From: Selaginella moellendorffii | Lineage: Eukaryota > Plantae > Lycopodiophyta | DNA: 64,000 nt | NCBI RefSeq assembly: GCF_000143415.4 | Contig: NW_003314379.1 | Coordinates: forward strand, 248,001-312,000 | Direction of reading: 5' to 3' | Shown here: positions 36,901 through 47,526 of the stretch, one piece after another | Position numbering within the stretch: position 1 is the first letter of the stretch | How the letters are laid out: each line of letters begins with the position of its first letter | The notes under the pieces: generated by a model | What the model was told of the DNA's origin: nothing | Databases searched by the model: none | The model's input: only the letters and a program-made list of their open reading frames with translations | Made by a program: the position numbers and the translations under genes

Positions 36901-39900
36901 CAGATCTTTCTCCAAGGCCCGCAAGGTCCAGTAACAGTCTCGACAAACTCGTCGAAACACCTTCCGACGAACATACGACCGGTCGACCTCGAAGACTATG
37001 ACCTCGAAACCGGCCTCGACGACTATGAAGAACAGCAAATACTCCAAGCCTACCCCGACCTCGAACCGCTCGCCGAAATTGACATCTTTAGAGTAGCAGC
37101 CGACTTCAGCCGAGAGCGACCCCAGCTTACCGAAGCATTGAAGAACCCGACAACCAGAGACACCACCATCGCCACTCAGCCAGCATTCATTGTCGACTCC
37201 GACCAGAAAGTTGCCTATGTCCCGACAATACCGACCAACCAACCTCTCGAGAAGATCAACCTTGCTACCGACCAGAATCAGCATCACATCATCCTCGCCA
37301 AAGACATCTCTGAGAGTTTCCGGAACAAAGGCCTGAGACTCCTCCAGAAGAAAAAGCACTTGTTTGCTTGGAGCTACAAAGACCTGAAAGGAGTCTCACC
37401 GGACTTATGTCTGCACACCATCACCCTCCTCCCGGATGCCCGGCCGAAGCGACAAGCACCTTACCGGATGAACCCAAACCTCATGGAGCAAGTCAAGAAG
37501 GAGCTCGACAAACTCCTCGAAGTCGAATACATCTACCCAATCCAGAATCTGATCTGGTTGTCTCCTCTGGTCGTTGTGCCAAAGAAAAATGGCAAGCTCC
37601 GAATCTGCGTCAACTACAAGCAGCTCAACGACGTCACCAACAAAGATATCTTCCCGATACCCTTCACCGACGAAGTTCTTGACGCAGTCGCCGGACATGA
37701 AATGTACTCCTTCCTCGACGGATTTTCCGGCTACAATCAGATCACCATCGCCCAAGAAGACCAGCACAAGACAGCATTCATCAGCCCATGGGGAGCATAC
37801 GCCTACCGAAGAATGCCTTTCGGCCTCTGCAATGCACCCTTCACTTTCCAACGACTCGTCACCAACACCTTCCGAGACTACCTCACCGACTTCATGCGAG
37901 TCTTCATGGACGACTTCAGTGTCTTCAGCTCCGAAGACCGCCATCTCGAATGCCTCGAGAAATGCCTCGAGAAGTGCGAAGAAAACAACATCGCCCTCAA
38001 CCCCGAGAAATGTGCCTTCTTCGTCAAGTCCGGAGTACTTCTCGGCCACATTGTCTGCAAAGATGGCATACTCATCGACAAAGACAAAGTCGCAGTCATA
38101 CTTCAGCTCGACCCGCCAAAGAACCAGAAGGACCTCCGAAGATTTCTCGGCAAGATCGGATACCACCGAAGATTCATCCACAAGTACGCTGACATCGCCA
38201 AACCTCTCACCGATGGCCTCCGGCTCAACGCCCAGTGGATCTGGTCGGACACTCAACAGACAGCATTTGACAACCTCAAGCTCAAGCTCACTACCGCACC
38301 AATACTCGCCAAACCAGATTGGACCAAAGAGTTCCATATCCACGTCGACACCTCTGACATCGGCACCGGCACAGTGCTTAGCCAAGCCCAGAGAGACAAC
38401 CGAGACCAGCCGATTTACTACGCAAGCAGACTACTCACTTCGACAGAACGCAACTACACCACCACCGAGAAAGAAGCCCTCGGCATGGTATACGCCCTCC
38501 AGAAGTTTCGGCACTACATTCTTTCGAGCAAAGTCATCATCTTCGTTGACCACAAGGCCCTCCTTTACCTCATCAACAAGCCCATACTCTCCGGCCGAAT
38601 TTCCAGATGGTTCCTCCTACTCCAAGAGTACAACTTTGAAATCGTCCACAAGCCCGGCCGACAGCATGAACAGGCCGACTTCCTCAGCCGCATCACCACC
38701 GGAGAATCGCCCGATCGACTCGCCGACGATTTGCCCGACTCCAACCTTTTCCGAATTTCAGTACCAGCAACATGGCTCGACGACATCTTCGCCTACCTCA
38801 GCTCAGCAAAAGTCCCAGCTCAGCATACAACGCCAGACCAGAGAAAGACTTTTGTCTCGAAAACCCGCCGGTACTCCATCATCGGCGGCAGCCTTTACAA
38901 ACTCGGCATCGACAACATACTTAGACGATGCATCAAAGTTCCAGAGACCCTCCGGATTATAAACGAAGCACATTCTGGACCGTCCGGCGGCCACTTCGCC
39001 TCCGACACAACCGTCCGGAAGATTCTCCAGTCAGGACTCTGGTGGCCGACAATGTGGCGAGACACCGAAGACTTCTGCCGGAAATGTGACACCTGCCAGA
39101 GGAATCGACTTCCGCCGAAAACTCAGAGTCAACCGCTCAACCCAACCTTCCCGGTCGCGCCTTTCCAGAGATGGGGACTCGACTTCATCGGACCCCAAAT
39201 CACCACAGCCCGGAAGAACCAGTACATCATTGTCGCCACCGACTATGCCACCAAATGGGCCGAAGCAGCTCCCCTCAAGCAAGCAACCGCCAAGGCAACA
39301 GCCAAGTTCATCTACGAGAACATCATCACCCGCTTTGGAACACCACTCGAACTCGTCACCGACCGCGGCAGCCACTTCATCAACGAAACCATCACACACC
39401 TTACCGAAGAGTTCCAGATCCGACACAAAACATCAACGCCCTACTACCCGCAAGGCAATGGCCAAGCCGAAGCCACCAACAAGACGCTCAAGACAATTCT
39501 CAAGAAAGTCATCAGCGATTCTGGCAAAGATTGGGACGAGAAACTCGGAGACGTTCTCTGGGCCTACCGGACAGCATACAAGATCACCACCAACATGACA
39601 CCGTTCAAGCTCGCCTTTGGAATAGAAGCCATAACACCAATCGAGTTCATCATTCCTAGCATGCGTGTCGCGGTGAAGTACGACCTGGATCCCCGGCACA
39701 TCTTCCGGCAACGACTGCTCGAACTCGAGAAACTCGACGAGCTCCGACTCAACGCCTTGTGGACCCTCCACACCATCCAGAAGCAAAGAAAAGCCCGGTA
39801 CGACCGAAGACTCGCTCGAAACAAGACTCCGAAGTACTCTCCCGGCGATCATGTACTCTGGTATCGAGGACCAATCACTCAGCTCGGCAACAAGCTCAAA

Positions 39901-42633
39901 ACCAAGTGGCACGGACCTTTCATCATCACCGAACTCTACCCCAACTCGACAGCGAACGTCGCCACCCTCGCTGGAGACTTCACCGAAACTGTCAACCTCA
40001 ACAAGCTCCGACCATACTACGTAGACCTCTGCAACATCCAGACCACATTTCAGCAACACTTCCGACCGCAACTCGTCACCGGAACCGAGAGATTCCCCGA
40101 ACACTCTCCCGGCCACTCGAACCGAACACTCGACACCAGCCGTCCGTATCGAGAAGCAACACCAGATGATACCACAATGAGCATCATCGACAATCAGCAA
40201 GCCTTGTGGCATCAACAATGGCCAACACGCTACTCAGAAACCATCACCACCAACTTCTCCTGGACAACCCTTCAGTTGCCACTCAACTTGGCACAAAACG
40301 CTGAGTCCCAAGCTACCGTCCGATCAACTCCACGAGATCAGATCTGCACCGTCCAACAACGCTCAATCTCAGCCGCCAGATCATCATCTCCACAACAGAT
40401 CACAGCCCTCAGATCTTGCCACGCAATCGCCACCGTTCAAACTAAACCCCACCAAGTTTCACGAGACACAAACCTAAGTCGCCAACAGCAGCTCGCCAGC
40501 ACCCTTTCCAGCGCGCCACCAGCTCCAGCAACGATGCCCAAGCGCAAGATGAGAGCCATTCCCCCAAGACGCCTCAGGTATGTCCGCCACAGCTTGCCCA
40601 AGCTTCCGACCGAGGCAGTCACGGCATGGCTGGTCGAGCAGGGGTTCGGCCAGCTCCTCGAGATCTTCAAAACCCCATTCGATCACCACCTCGCCCGCAA
40701 GCTTGCCAAGAAGTATGACGAGAGCCGCAACACGATCTCGGATGACGTCAACACCATCGCCATCACGCCGGCCCTGCTCAGCAAAGTTTTCAAGATCCCT
40801 CGAAAAGGACTCGACAAGTTCCCCAAAGAGGTTCCCAAGGTCATCCTCAAGCCAGGTGCATCCCCAACCACAGAAGGGCCCAAGTGGGAGGATGTTCTTT
40901 CTGAACACCAGGAGAAGCTGCGTGCCCTGCTCCTCCTCTACGACCTCCGCCCCACTGACAAATCTATCAGCAAGCTTACCACCCAAGCCTATCACGCCAT
41001 GGACCGAGGAGAGCGAGTCAATGTCGCCAGCCACTTGAACACTATGCTGGCAAAGCAACTGAAGAAAATCAATGAGAAACCTACGAGAGGCCAAACCATC
41101 TCCACCGTGATCTTCCCGATGCTCATCGCTTTGCACGCCGCCCACCCCAACAAGCAGCCCTGGTCTACCAGCTCCTCAACTGAACACAGCCACACTGACG
41201 ACAACGACTCAGCATCGACCGAGACCCTGCCCTCACCACCGCACAAGAACAAAGTCCAACCCTCCTCATCGAAGCATAATCCGCCACCCAGCCCCACCCC
41301 CAGCAAGACCAGCAGCGAAGACACCTCATCTGACGAAGAATCTCCACCACCTCGCCGCCACAAGCTTCGTCAACCTCCTCAACGTAAGAACTGCCACCGC
41401 AGCACGGAGTACGTCGTCCTCACCAGCAGGGACACCACAAACACCACACAACCCCGCCAGCACCAGCACCAATCAATTCCAAGCCAACCCCGAGCTCGTT
41501 CACCTTCTCCAACACCAATCTTCAACAACTCACAAGCTTTCACTGACGACCAGCACCACGACAACAATGATTCCCATCACCCAGACAATATCACCGCCAG
41601 CAACAGCAAGATTTCCAGCGGGCACGTCAACTCCAGCAACGTTAAACCTCTCCATCCATCAGCAGCACATCCGACTCTCAACACCACACAAGATGCCCCG
41701 TTGACCTTCAACAAAAATCCGAGCTCTTCATCAAATATTACAGCGCCTCATCTCGACCATCCATCTTCAACGACCATAATTAAATTTGCGCCATGTCAAA
41801 TCTTAACAAACTTGAAAAATCAGCGCAGTCCATCTGCATCCGCTCAGCCTCAGCCACCTCAGCAGCAATCAACGCCCCAAATCACGCCGGCCGACCCCAT
41901 CAAGAACCCAGCTCCCGACTCAGTTTCAGCGCCCTACGGCTCGCCTTTAGCGCCCTCTCCACCAGTCCAAGCATCTCAGCCGCACCAGCAATCCACCATG
42001 CCTCCACTCCAATCCCAGGTACGCAAAGACAGAGCCTCCTTCGACCACGAAATCCGCCAAGAACACGAAGACAAGATGCAAGATCCCGGATACCTCCATC
42101 GCAAGCTCTTCGAGGCTCTGGAGCGCCGCGCCAGTCATGACATCAGCCAGGCCATCCGAGGCCGCGTTCCCCAGGCTCAGGACATCGCCCAGCACCTCTC
42201 CCGCGATGGCGCCTTCATCAACACCAGGAACGCAGTCCGCGCTGAGTTCTACGAGCCGCTCGTCGCGGAGATCGGCAACCTCCACAACACCATTCACCAC
42301 CTCCAGGGCGACATCCAGAGCATCAAGACAACGGCAGCCAGCTCTTCTCGCGCCAACAACAACCCCACTGGCCAGCAGAACTACTGGCGAGACAAGTACC
42401 ACCACGGAGTCACCGTCATCCAGGAGCACCAGCAGCGCATTGACCATCTTGAAGCGCTCCTCGCCGAGTATGAGGATGATGATGGCTCAGACCCGCCCGA
42501 CAGTGAGCCCAACGATAACCTGACCCTCCCCCAGCAGCACCGCCGACTGCGACGCCTGCAGCGAGCTCCGGAAGCGAACCAACTCCACCACCAAGCAATG
42601 GACACTGATCATGGCCCCGAGGACGGAGCCTAG
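33907..42633 (+). CDS. Single gag-pol polyprotein (gag, 2x CCHC, AP, RT, RNase H, integrase) with an in-frame ~870-aa C-terminal extension including a PMD-like region
   Basis: CTKCKNEGHSATDC and CQICGKDNHDAKTC; LDGGSG; VFMDD; HVDTS..EKE..VDH; HHCC + LDFIGP..TDRG..E; WHGPF. No stop until 42633. Confidence 0.95.
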   Translation: MNKPRKAASKQQEDTERLQRYLQRELKRLEKERKEKATQWSHFVQVSERERYITDELFPKIAAGEDAGRILEGYQNFRTPPASPTAAPENPPETQPEVQHTPQHSFHNPLFRGQTDPRTYFSWTVPTASPAVLGTLFSTPVSASTLTTPFASAPEFYNFQQQPDSPKLNSVEYGLQPIYIVNPDDRPAHPQQYEFGQSSEYTLNQLFDQVFSRPHQQPEPDIDLQQPDLQVILRQSSPETLLQPAEEPLLPSTSTLPPQNTPPTAPSNVPPNAPPNTLPHSLPDIPPDIITMTMVLPNTVIGKLVTYPQFKGKKTEDPEKHVIRFKEAARVNGQQDNFAFLFGCTLKGCAGEWLQTTDSKLTFDELTKAFTDHFKSALSQSEKLQKIQNIKMRTGETLEEYTERFTKHANRCKSSSTDILLYQWYMQGLASHLKKAATKIDTSDYKTLSKDLKEVQIRRQTARVDEPEDFDSEEDEDDLLDSLTGKSKDKVGIRKIQKLLTKFTASSDKSDVRTGVWCTKCKNEGHSATDCKLQLVKCQICGKDNHDAKTCRFRSQPEVRQISNFPRRPPRQPEYSTQYPAAPPNNWRPPRNNYLPRQWNAPPRFNNNYNNRPYYNDRYQQPDNRPYQQYRQNQMDYNNSQAYPRYQNQGYQGYNRYQGYQDRRYQGNYNSRPWQPRIPDQPGPPRLGPPPPRQPDQQQQQPPATRLIEADELPFPEEDPEPQVLAVQTRAQLRAQHQQQPDKDSNTEDDTSSERSKQTPEWKKRRQLAAKVQKHLTQQPPELVILDSKDEEQPESSTQQPRNQPTASPAQLLANSIGDTTVAESILTQNIQITVGQLLKIAPYLVNQLVSLTNPLDTPPMDAPALNTSKDTVDAFQAEIQPGDCDNEVPTIDLRIGQHQVRGAMLDGGSGVNIIKESLVRQINLGPVEPAPFNVRMADHRSVRPRGIIRNVITNIRGIRVPVNYVILKLPKNSDGYAVLLGRPWLKHARAMHNWSTNQIFLQGPQGPVTVSTNSSKHLPTNIRPVDLEDYDLETGLDDYEEQQILQAYPDLEPLAEIDIFRVAADFSRERPQLTEALKNPTTRDTTIATQPAFIVDSDQKVAYVPTIPTNQPLEKINLATDQNQHHIILAKDISESFRNKGLRLLQKKKHLFAWSYKDLKGVSPDLCLHTITLLPDARPKRQAPYRMNPNLMEQVKKELDKLLEVEYIYPIQNLIWLSPLVVVPKKNGKLRICVNYKQLNDVTNKDIFPIPFTDEVLDAVAGHEMYSFLDGFSGYNQITIAQEDQHKTAFISPWGAYAYRRMPFGLCNAPFTFQRLVTNTFRDYLTDFMRVFMDDFSVFSSEDRHLECLEKCLEKCEENNIALNPEKCAFFVKSGVLLGHIVCKDGILIDKDKVAVILQLDPPKNQKDLRRFLGKIGYHRRFIHKYADIAKPLTDGLRLNAQWIWSDTQQTAFDNLKLKLTTAPILAKPDWTKEFHIHVDTSDIGTGTVLSQAQRDNRDQPIYYASRLLTSTERNYTTTEKEALGMVYALQKFRHYILSSKVIIFVDHKALLYLINKPILSGRISRWFLLLQEYNFEIVHKPGRQHEQADFLSRITTGESPDRLADDLPDSNLFRISVPATWLDDIFAYLSSAKVPAQHTTPDQRKTFVSKTRRYSIIGGSLYKLGIDNILRRCIKVPETLRIINEAHSGPSGGHFASDTTVRKILQSGLWWPTMWRDTEDFCRKCDTCQRNRLPPKTQSQPLNPTFPVAPFQRWGLDFIGPQITTARKNQYIIVATDYATKWAEAAPLKQATAKATAKFIYENIITRFGTPLELVTDRGSHFINETITHLTEEFQIRHKTSTPYYPQGNGQAEATNKTLKTILKKVISDSGKDWDEKLGDVLWAYRTAYKITTNMTPFKLAFGIEAITPIEFIIPSMRVAVKYDLDPRHIFRQRLLELEKLDELRLNALWTLHTIQKQRKARYDRRLARNKTPKYSPGDHVLWYRGPITQLGNKLKTKWHGPFIITELYPNSTANVATLAGDFTETVNLNKLRPYYVDLCNIQTTFQQHFRPQLVTGTERFPEHSPGHSNRTLDTSRPYREATPDDTTMSIIDNQQALWHQQWPTRYSETITTNFSWTTLQLPLNLAQNAESQATVRSTPRDQICTVQQRSISAARSSSPQQITALRSCHAIATVQTKPHQVSRDTNLSRQQQLASTLSSAPPAPATMPKRKMRAIPPRRLRYVRHSLPKLPTEAVTAWLVEQGFGQLLEIFKTPFDHHLARKLAKKYDESRNTISDDVNTIAITPALLSKVFKIPRKGLDKFPKEVPKVILKPGASPTTEGPKWEDVLSEHQEKLRALLLLYDLRPTDKSISKLTTQAYHAMDRGERVNVASHLNTMLAKQLKKINEKPTRGQTISTVIFPMLIALHAAHPNKQPWSTSSSTEHSHTDDNDSASTETLPSPPHKNKVQPSSSKHNPPPSPTPSKTSSEDTSSDEESPPPRRHKLRQPPQRKNCHRSTEYVVLTSRDTTNTTQPRQHQHQSIPSQPRARSPSPTPIFNNSQAFTDDQHHDNNDSHHPDNITASNSKISSGHVNSSNVKPLHPSAAHPTLNTTQDAPLTFNKNPSSSSNITAPHLDHPSSTTIIKFAPCQILTNLKNQRSPSASAQPQPPQQQSTPQITPADPIKNPAPDSVSAPYGSPLAPSPPVQASQPHQQSTMPPLQSQVRKDRASFDHEIRQEHEDKMQDPGYLHRKLFEALERRASHDISQAIRGRVPQAQDIAQHLSRDGAFINTRNAVRAEFYEPLVAEIGNLHNTIHHLQGDIQSIKTTAASSSRANNNPTGQQNYWRDKYHHGVTVIQEHQQRIDHLEALLAEYEDDDGSDPPDSEPNDNLTLPQQHRRLRRLQRAPEANQLHHQAMDTDHGPEDGA

Positions 42634-43684
42634 ATCAAGCAGGGGGCAGTGGAAACCCCCCTAACACATGCACGCCCAGGAGCAGCTCCACTCACGACTG
42701 AAAGCCAGGTTCAAACGGCTACTAGTTTATTTCTATTCTAGGCATATGCTGGCGGTTAGAACCGCCAACAGGAGAGTGGTTTTGAGAGACCCTAGCGCAG
42801 CTAGGGTTCCCCATCTCCTTTCCCATTCCATTGTACTTCAAGACTCCTGAATCGCATCCCCCTATTTGCATTATCTTTGACTTGAGTCTCTCTCCCCGCC
42901 GATCCACCACTTCTTTCACCCCTCCTCAGCTGGCGACCTCTGGAGATCAGGCGCCAGTTCTCAGATCAAGTTCTAGCGGTAGCAGCATTCTCATCCATCT
43001 CACATTTTCCCATTAAACAACCCCCGAGGAACTGAGCTCCTCTTCCTCCAGCAAGGAACTCTGTATGTTGGATTCGTGAGCACCACCAACAACACACTCT
43101 TCGCTCAAACTTTGCATCCAGGGGATCTCTTTGTATTTCCGCGCGGTCTCATTCACTTCCAGCTCAACGTTGGGAAGACACCGGCTATTGCTCTTGCGGG
43201 ATTCAACTCCCAGAATCCGGGTGTCACCCAGGTAGCCAAAGCAGTGTTTGCATCCAATCCTCCCATTTATGACGCTGTCATCGAGAGGGCGTTCCAGATC
43301 AATCCCAAGCTCATCCAGCAGCTCAGGGACCTCATCAAGCAAACTTAATCAGCTTGTTCTCGCATTAATTCTTTCATAAATTCCAATAATATTCTAATTT
43401 TGCCTGGCTTACAAAAAACAAGAAAGTTTTTATCACGCCAATATCACGAGGCTTGTTAGTTCCTTCATTTCCAATACTGGCTTGACCACGACCCGGACAA
43501 ACTGAAACAATCCAAGCTAGTGAAATTAACACGTTCATCCTCGTTCAATCTTGATTCTTAGTAAAATGACCAAGCCAGATCCGGTGTGCTCTAACCATAA
43601 GTCCGGTATAGCTTCTCAACTCATGAAAGCTTCTCTAGATAAGAGCCAATCGATTCGTTCCAGCTCCGGTCAAGGACTTGCGAT

Positions 43685-45531
43685 GTACATCGAAGCAAAT
43701 GTCCTGGAGCTTGGCCATGTCTGGCTCAAACAGGCCACGTCAATGCTTCCATCCCTGGTGTAGGAAGGGAGCATGATGCTAATCCCCTCGAATGGCACGT
43801 AAGGCCCGCCAGCAAACACCGGAGTTCCATAGCCAAAGTCGAGCTCGTAGATTGGAAGCTGCGCCCAGCTCGTCACGCTCAAGTTTGGGCTCAGCACCGT
43901 CTTGCCACTCCTCGTGATCTGGACCGGGTTCTTCTGCTGGAGCTCCACGAAGTCCATCTGGGAGCGGATGTACCCGTTGTCAAGCCGCTTGATGGAAGCC
44001 TGGATGAGATCCGTGGCGTGGGATGCTGGTTTCTCCAGGAGATCCTTCGCGGTGCTGTGGGTGTGGGAGATGACGTTGCCGAAGTAGTCGTTGGGGATGG
44101 AGGAACGAACCTCTTTCGCCCGTTGGCCACGATCAAAACTCAGGTTTGGACTTCACCATCGATGCCACGGGCCCGAGTGATGCACTTCCAGAGATTGCTC
44201 ATGAGGCTGACAAACGTAGAGGGTCCTCGGGCACCGCCTTCTTTCGTCGCCGACTACTTGATCTTCTTGAAGAGATCGATGCTGAAGTTGTTGAAAACTA
44301 AGGAAGAAGAGAGAAAAACTTTATCACTCAGATATCATCATCACTATACATACACAGGTGAGAGTCATGACTCTCTAGATCCACCACGTGTCACCACGTG
44401 TCTCAGCCGTATGGTGATCTCGGATGTACTACATCCTCACGCCCCCACTCAGCCGAGATCAGTGTGCAAAGGCTGGATCAGAAAAAGAAACTAATGCTAA
44501 ACCACTGGGAAACCTATTTCACTCCCCCCACTCAGCCGAGAAAAGTTGAGCTCATGAAATCAGCATCTTGTGGTGTTGAACAACAGTAGCAGCACATTCC
44601 AAGGTACCCAAGCTTGCACACAGCCCAGCTTGTATCAAGACCCGTCAGGAACTAGCATTTTGTTCCATCTCCCCCACTCAAATGTGATCTCTCCATCAGC
44701 CTCAAGGCCCTTGTGCACAGCAATTCCTAGGAAGAACAGAAGCCTCTTGGCAGCATCAGCAAATCTCTAGCCCAAGGAAGCCTTCCCTTGTAGCAGCAGG
44801 GGCATCAGATCGTCTCTAGTAGTAGTAAGCAGTGTCCCAACCCTTTCAATTCAAATCCAGGCCAGTCTCGATCAAGAACCGCCTCCATTTTAGGGTTGCC
44901 TGCACAAGACAAAATAAACAAAAAAACCTCCATCTTGATATTTGCTCCAGATCAGGGGGCTTATTGTCTTCCTCCTCTTCCTCCTCCATTCAGCCCAAGA
45001 TTTAATCCCTGACCTCTGATACCATGTTGAAAAACTAAGGAAGAAGAGAAAAACTCTATCACTCAAATATCATCACTATACATATACAGGTGAGAGTTGT
45101 ATCCACCACGTGTCACCACATGTCTCAGCCGTACCGTGATCTCAGATGTACTACATCCTCACAGAAGTGGAGCTTCTTTACCGAGAGTGGGAGATACTTG
45201 GGCTTGGGTGGAGGACGCTTGTACTCTGGATGCTCGAACTTTGTGGATCGTTGCCCATGAGGAAAGACCTGTCGTGCTTTGGAGGAACGATTGGAGTCTT
45301 CTTGACAATGCTGGCCCAGGCATTCATGAAAGTGCTGGCACCTTCTCCATCCGCAACTTGGTGCTGCCTTGCCACTCCCACAACAGTGAATCCACCACAA
45401 GTGAATTTAGTTACCTGGAACAAAGAAAACTCTCAAAACATCCTTTTCGTGGAAACAAAGAAGCTTGCCAAATCAAGGAACCAAAGCAATCAATGTAGCC
45501 AACCAAGAAGAAGGAAAGAAGACATCTAGCC
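43685..45531 (-). pseudogene. BAHD acyltransferase pseudogene 1 (exon 2 + part of intron only), interrupted by a TRIM
   Basis: HQVADG and DFGYG motifs, deletions and frameshifts; exon 1 absent. Confidence 0.9.
44289..45163 (-). mobile_element. TRIM / non-autonomous LTR element (Copia-like)
   Basis: LTRs 44289-44441 and 45025-45163; perfect TSD GAAGT. Minus-strand PBS TGGTATCAGAGG (iMet) and PPT GAGTGGGGG. Confidence 0.92.
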
Positions 45532-45818
45532 TCAGAGTGGTGCAAGGTTGTGAAGTGATTCAAGTTCCCAGCGATGGCTGCTTGGAAGGTGGTGGAGGAT
45601 TTCAAGCTCAGCATGCCTTTCAGGAACGATGCTCAGAACCTTCCATGTCAAGGTTCTTCAAGCTTGATGTATATTATCTGGATCAGCCACTACTCTACAA
45701 GGGCGTGTTAAAGCGTTAACAACACAGTCGTACAGCATCTTGACTCATAGTCGCATTCTCCCTTGTTCGTCCTCCTCCAAGAATGCAAGAGGGAATAGAG
45801 TTGGTAAATCTCTCTGTT

Positions 45819-45853
<35 letters not shown>

Positions 45854-46209
45854 ATGCTGCTGTACTGCTTCCTCACGTTTCAAAACATTTCCCTCCATTC
45901 ATCTCTGGTGACATCTTCAACGAAGCCAACGTTTTAGTTAAGGAATAATTCTTGGTCCATGTCTTCCTGGTTCTTTCCTTTTGATGGATCGAATGTAGCA
46001 TACGTTCATTTCTTTTGATACCACTACCTGGTCAACCTGAATAATGATTTAGTCACCTTGAACCAGTGAAATTAACGAGTAAAATGACCAAGTCAGATCT
46101 GGACTGCTCACAACTCCTATATAAACTCCAGCGACCTCCACACTTCTCCTCACTCCATTCTTCATCAATTAAGTAGCATCACAACAAAAAATCTGTGTGA
46201 AGATACAAG

Positions 46210-46863
46210 ATGTCTTACAAGTTAGCCATTTGTCTAGTTGCCATTTGTGCCATTGCTTTCGTCCATGGATCAGATGAAGATGCCCTCCAGGATTTCTGTG
46301 TCCGCGACAAAAACAGCAACACCATCGTCAATGGATTCACTTGCAAGCCTGCTGCGGCAACTCTAGCCAGTGATTTCATGTTCCATGGACTCCGGAACCC
46401 CGGGAACACCAACAACAAGCTCGGATCCATAGTCACCAATGCAAATGTTGGCGTATTCCCGGGAATCAACACTCTTGGCGTCTCTTTTGCGAGGATTGAT
46501 TATGCTCCATACGGTGTCAATCCCCCTCACGTCCACCCACGAGGAACCGAGCTCCTCTTCCTCCAGCAAGGAACTCTCTATGTTGGATTCGTGAGCACCA
46601 CCAACAACACACTCTTCGCTCAAACTTTGCATCCAGGAGATCTCTTTGTGTTTCCGCGTGGTCTCATTCACTTCCAGCTCAACGTTGGGAAGACACCGGC
46701 TGTTGCTCTTGCAGGATTCAACTCCCAGAATCCCGGTGTCACTCAGGTAGCCAAAGCCGTGTTTGCATCCAATCCTCCCATTTATGACGCTGTCATCGAG
46801 AGGGCGTTCCAGATCAATCCCAAGCTCATCCAGCAGCTCAGGGACCTCATCAAGCAAACTTAA
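46210..46863 (+). CDS. Germin-like protein copy 3 (A-type)
   Basis: Intact 217-aa ORF with all germin motifs. Confidence 0.95.
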   Translation: MSYKLAICLVAICAIAFVHGSDEDALQDFCVRDKNSNTIVNGFTCKPAAATLASDFMFHGLRNPGNTNNKLGSIVTNANVGVFPGINTLGVSFARIDYAPYGVNPPHVHPRGTELLFLQQGTLYVGFVSTTNNTLFAQTLHPGDLFVFPRGLIHFQLNVGKTPAVALAGFNSQNPGVTQVAKAVFASNPPIYDAVIERAFQINPKLIQQLRDLIKQT

Positions 46864-47526
46864 TCAATTTGCTTTTGTAATGATTCTTCTGTAATTTTCA
46901 AGAATAAGATTGAATAAAGAACTGTTCTTTACAAGCGGACCCGTACAACGAGCCAGCAACAGGTTTAAATTATTTAATTGTTATTTTAAATATTTAAAAT
47001 AAAACAGTAATGCCTGCACTGTGCTGAAACTAAATTTTAGGGCTCGTGTAGTGCTAGGGCTAAGGGCTCCATGACAATGCCGGGGAATCCCAGCGCCATG
47101 GCAGAGATCTTACCTCACGAGTGTATTATCCACGACATTATATTAGCATTAAAGAATTTCTCACGTTAATTATTACTATTTTTTGTATTAGTTTTGAATA
47201 TTTTAATTTTGAGAATTGGTTTCTATGGTTCTTTCATTCTTGGTAATGGTTTGAGACCACGACCCGATCAAATTGAAACAATCCACACTATGGTTTTGAT
47301 CAAGTCAGTGAAATTGGCGTGTTATCCTTCTTGTCCCCTTCAATCTTTATTCTTGACCAAGTCAGATCTAGAGTGCTTGACAATGCCAGTCAGTGACAAC
47401 TACTATATAAACTCAACCAAACTCCACATTTCACCTCATTCCATTCTTCGTCAATCGAGTAGCATCACAGCAAAAAATATCAAAAGCTTTGATCAATCAG
47501 CTGAACTCTTACTGCCAAGATACAAG

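Larger units (their letters stand above)
32113..43019 (+). mobile_element. Full-length young Ty3/Gypsy LTR retrotransposon (non-chromovirus type)
   Basis: LTRs 32113-32481 and 42650-43019 (TG..CA; 5 substitutions + 1 indel by eye). TSD ACCCC. PBS TGGCGACCACGGTGGGA at 32484, complementary to a plant tRNA-Arg 3' end (from memory). PPT AGCAGGGGGCAG before 42650. Confidence 0.97.
31783..43348 (+). pseudogene. Germin-like protein copy 2 (B-type), split by a Gypsy insertion (31783-32112 + 43025-43348)
   Basis: Both halves are near-identical to the paralogs. The insertion is within HP of germin box 1, with TSD ACCCC. Confidence 0.95.

Noticed and set aside
34100-42600. Long antisense and alternate-frame ORFs in the Gypsy and the GLPs
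   Set aside because: Shadow ORFs caused by codon bias.
47194-47526. N-terminally extended GLPs (328 aa and 275 aa)
   Set aside because: Non-ATG starts running through the TATA and promoter; the true start is MSYKL with its signal peptide.
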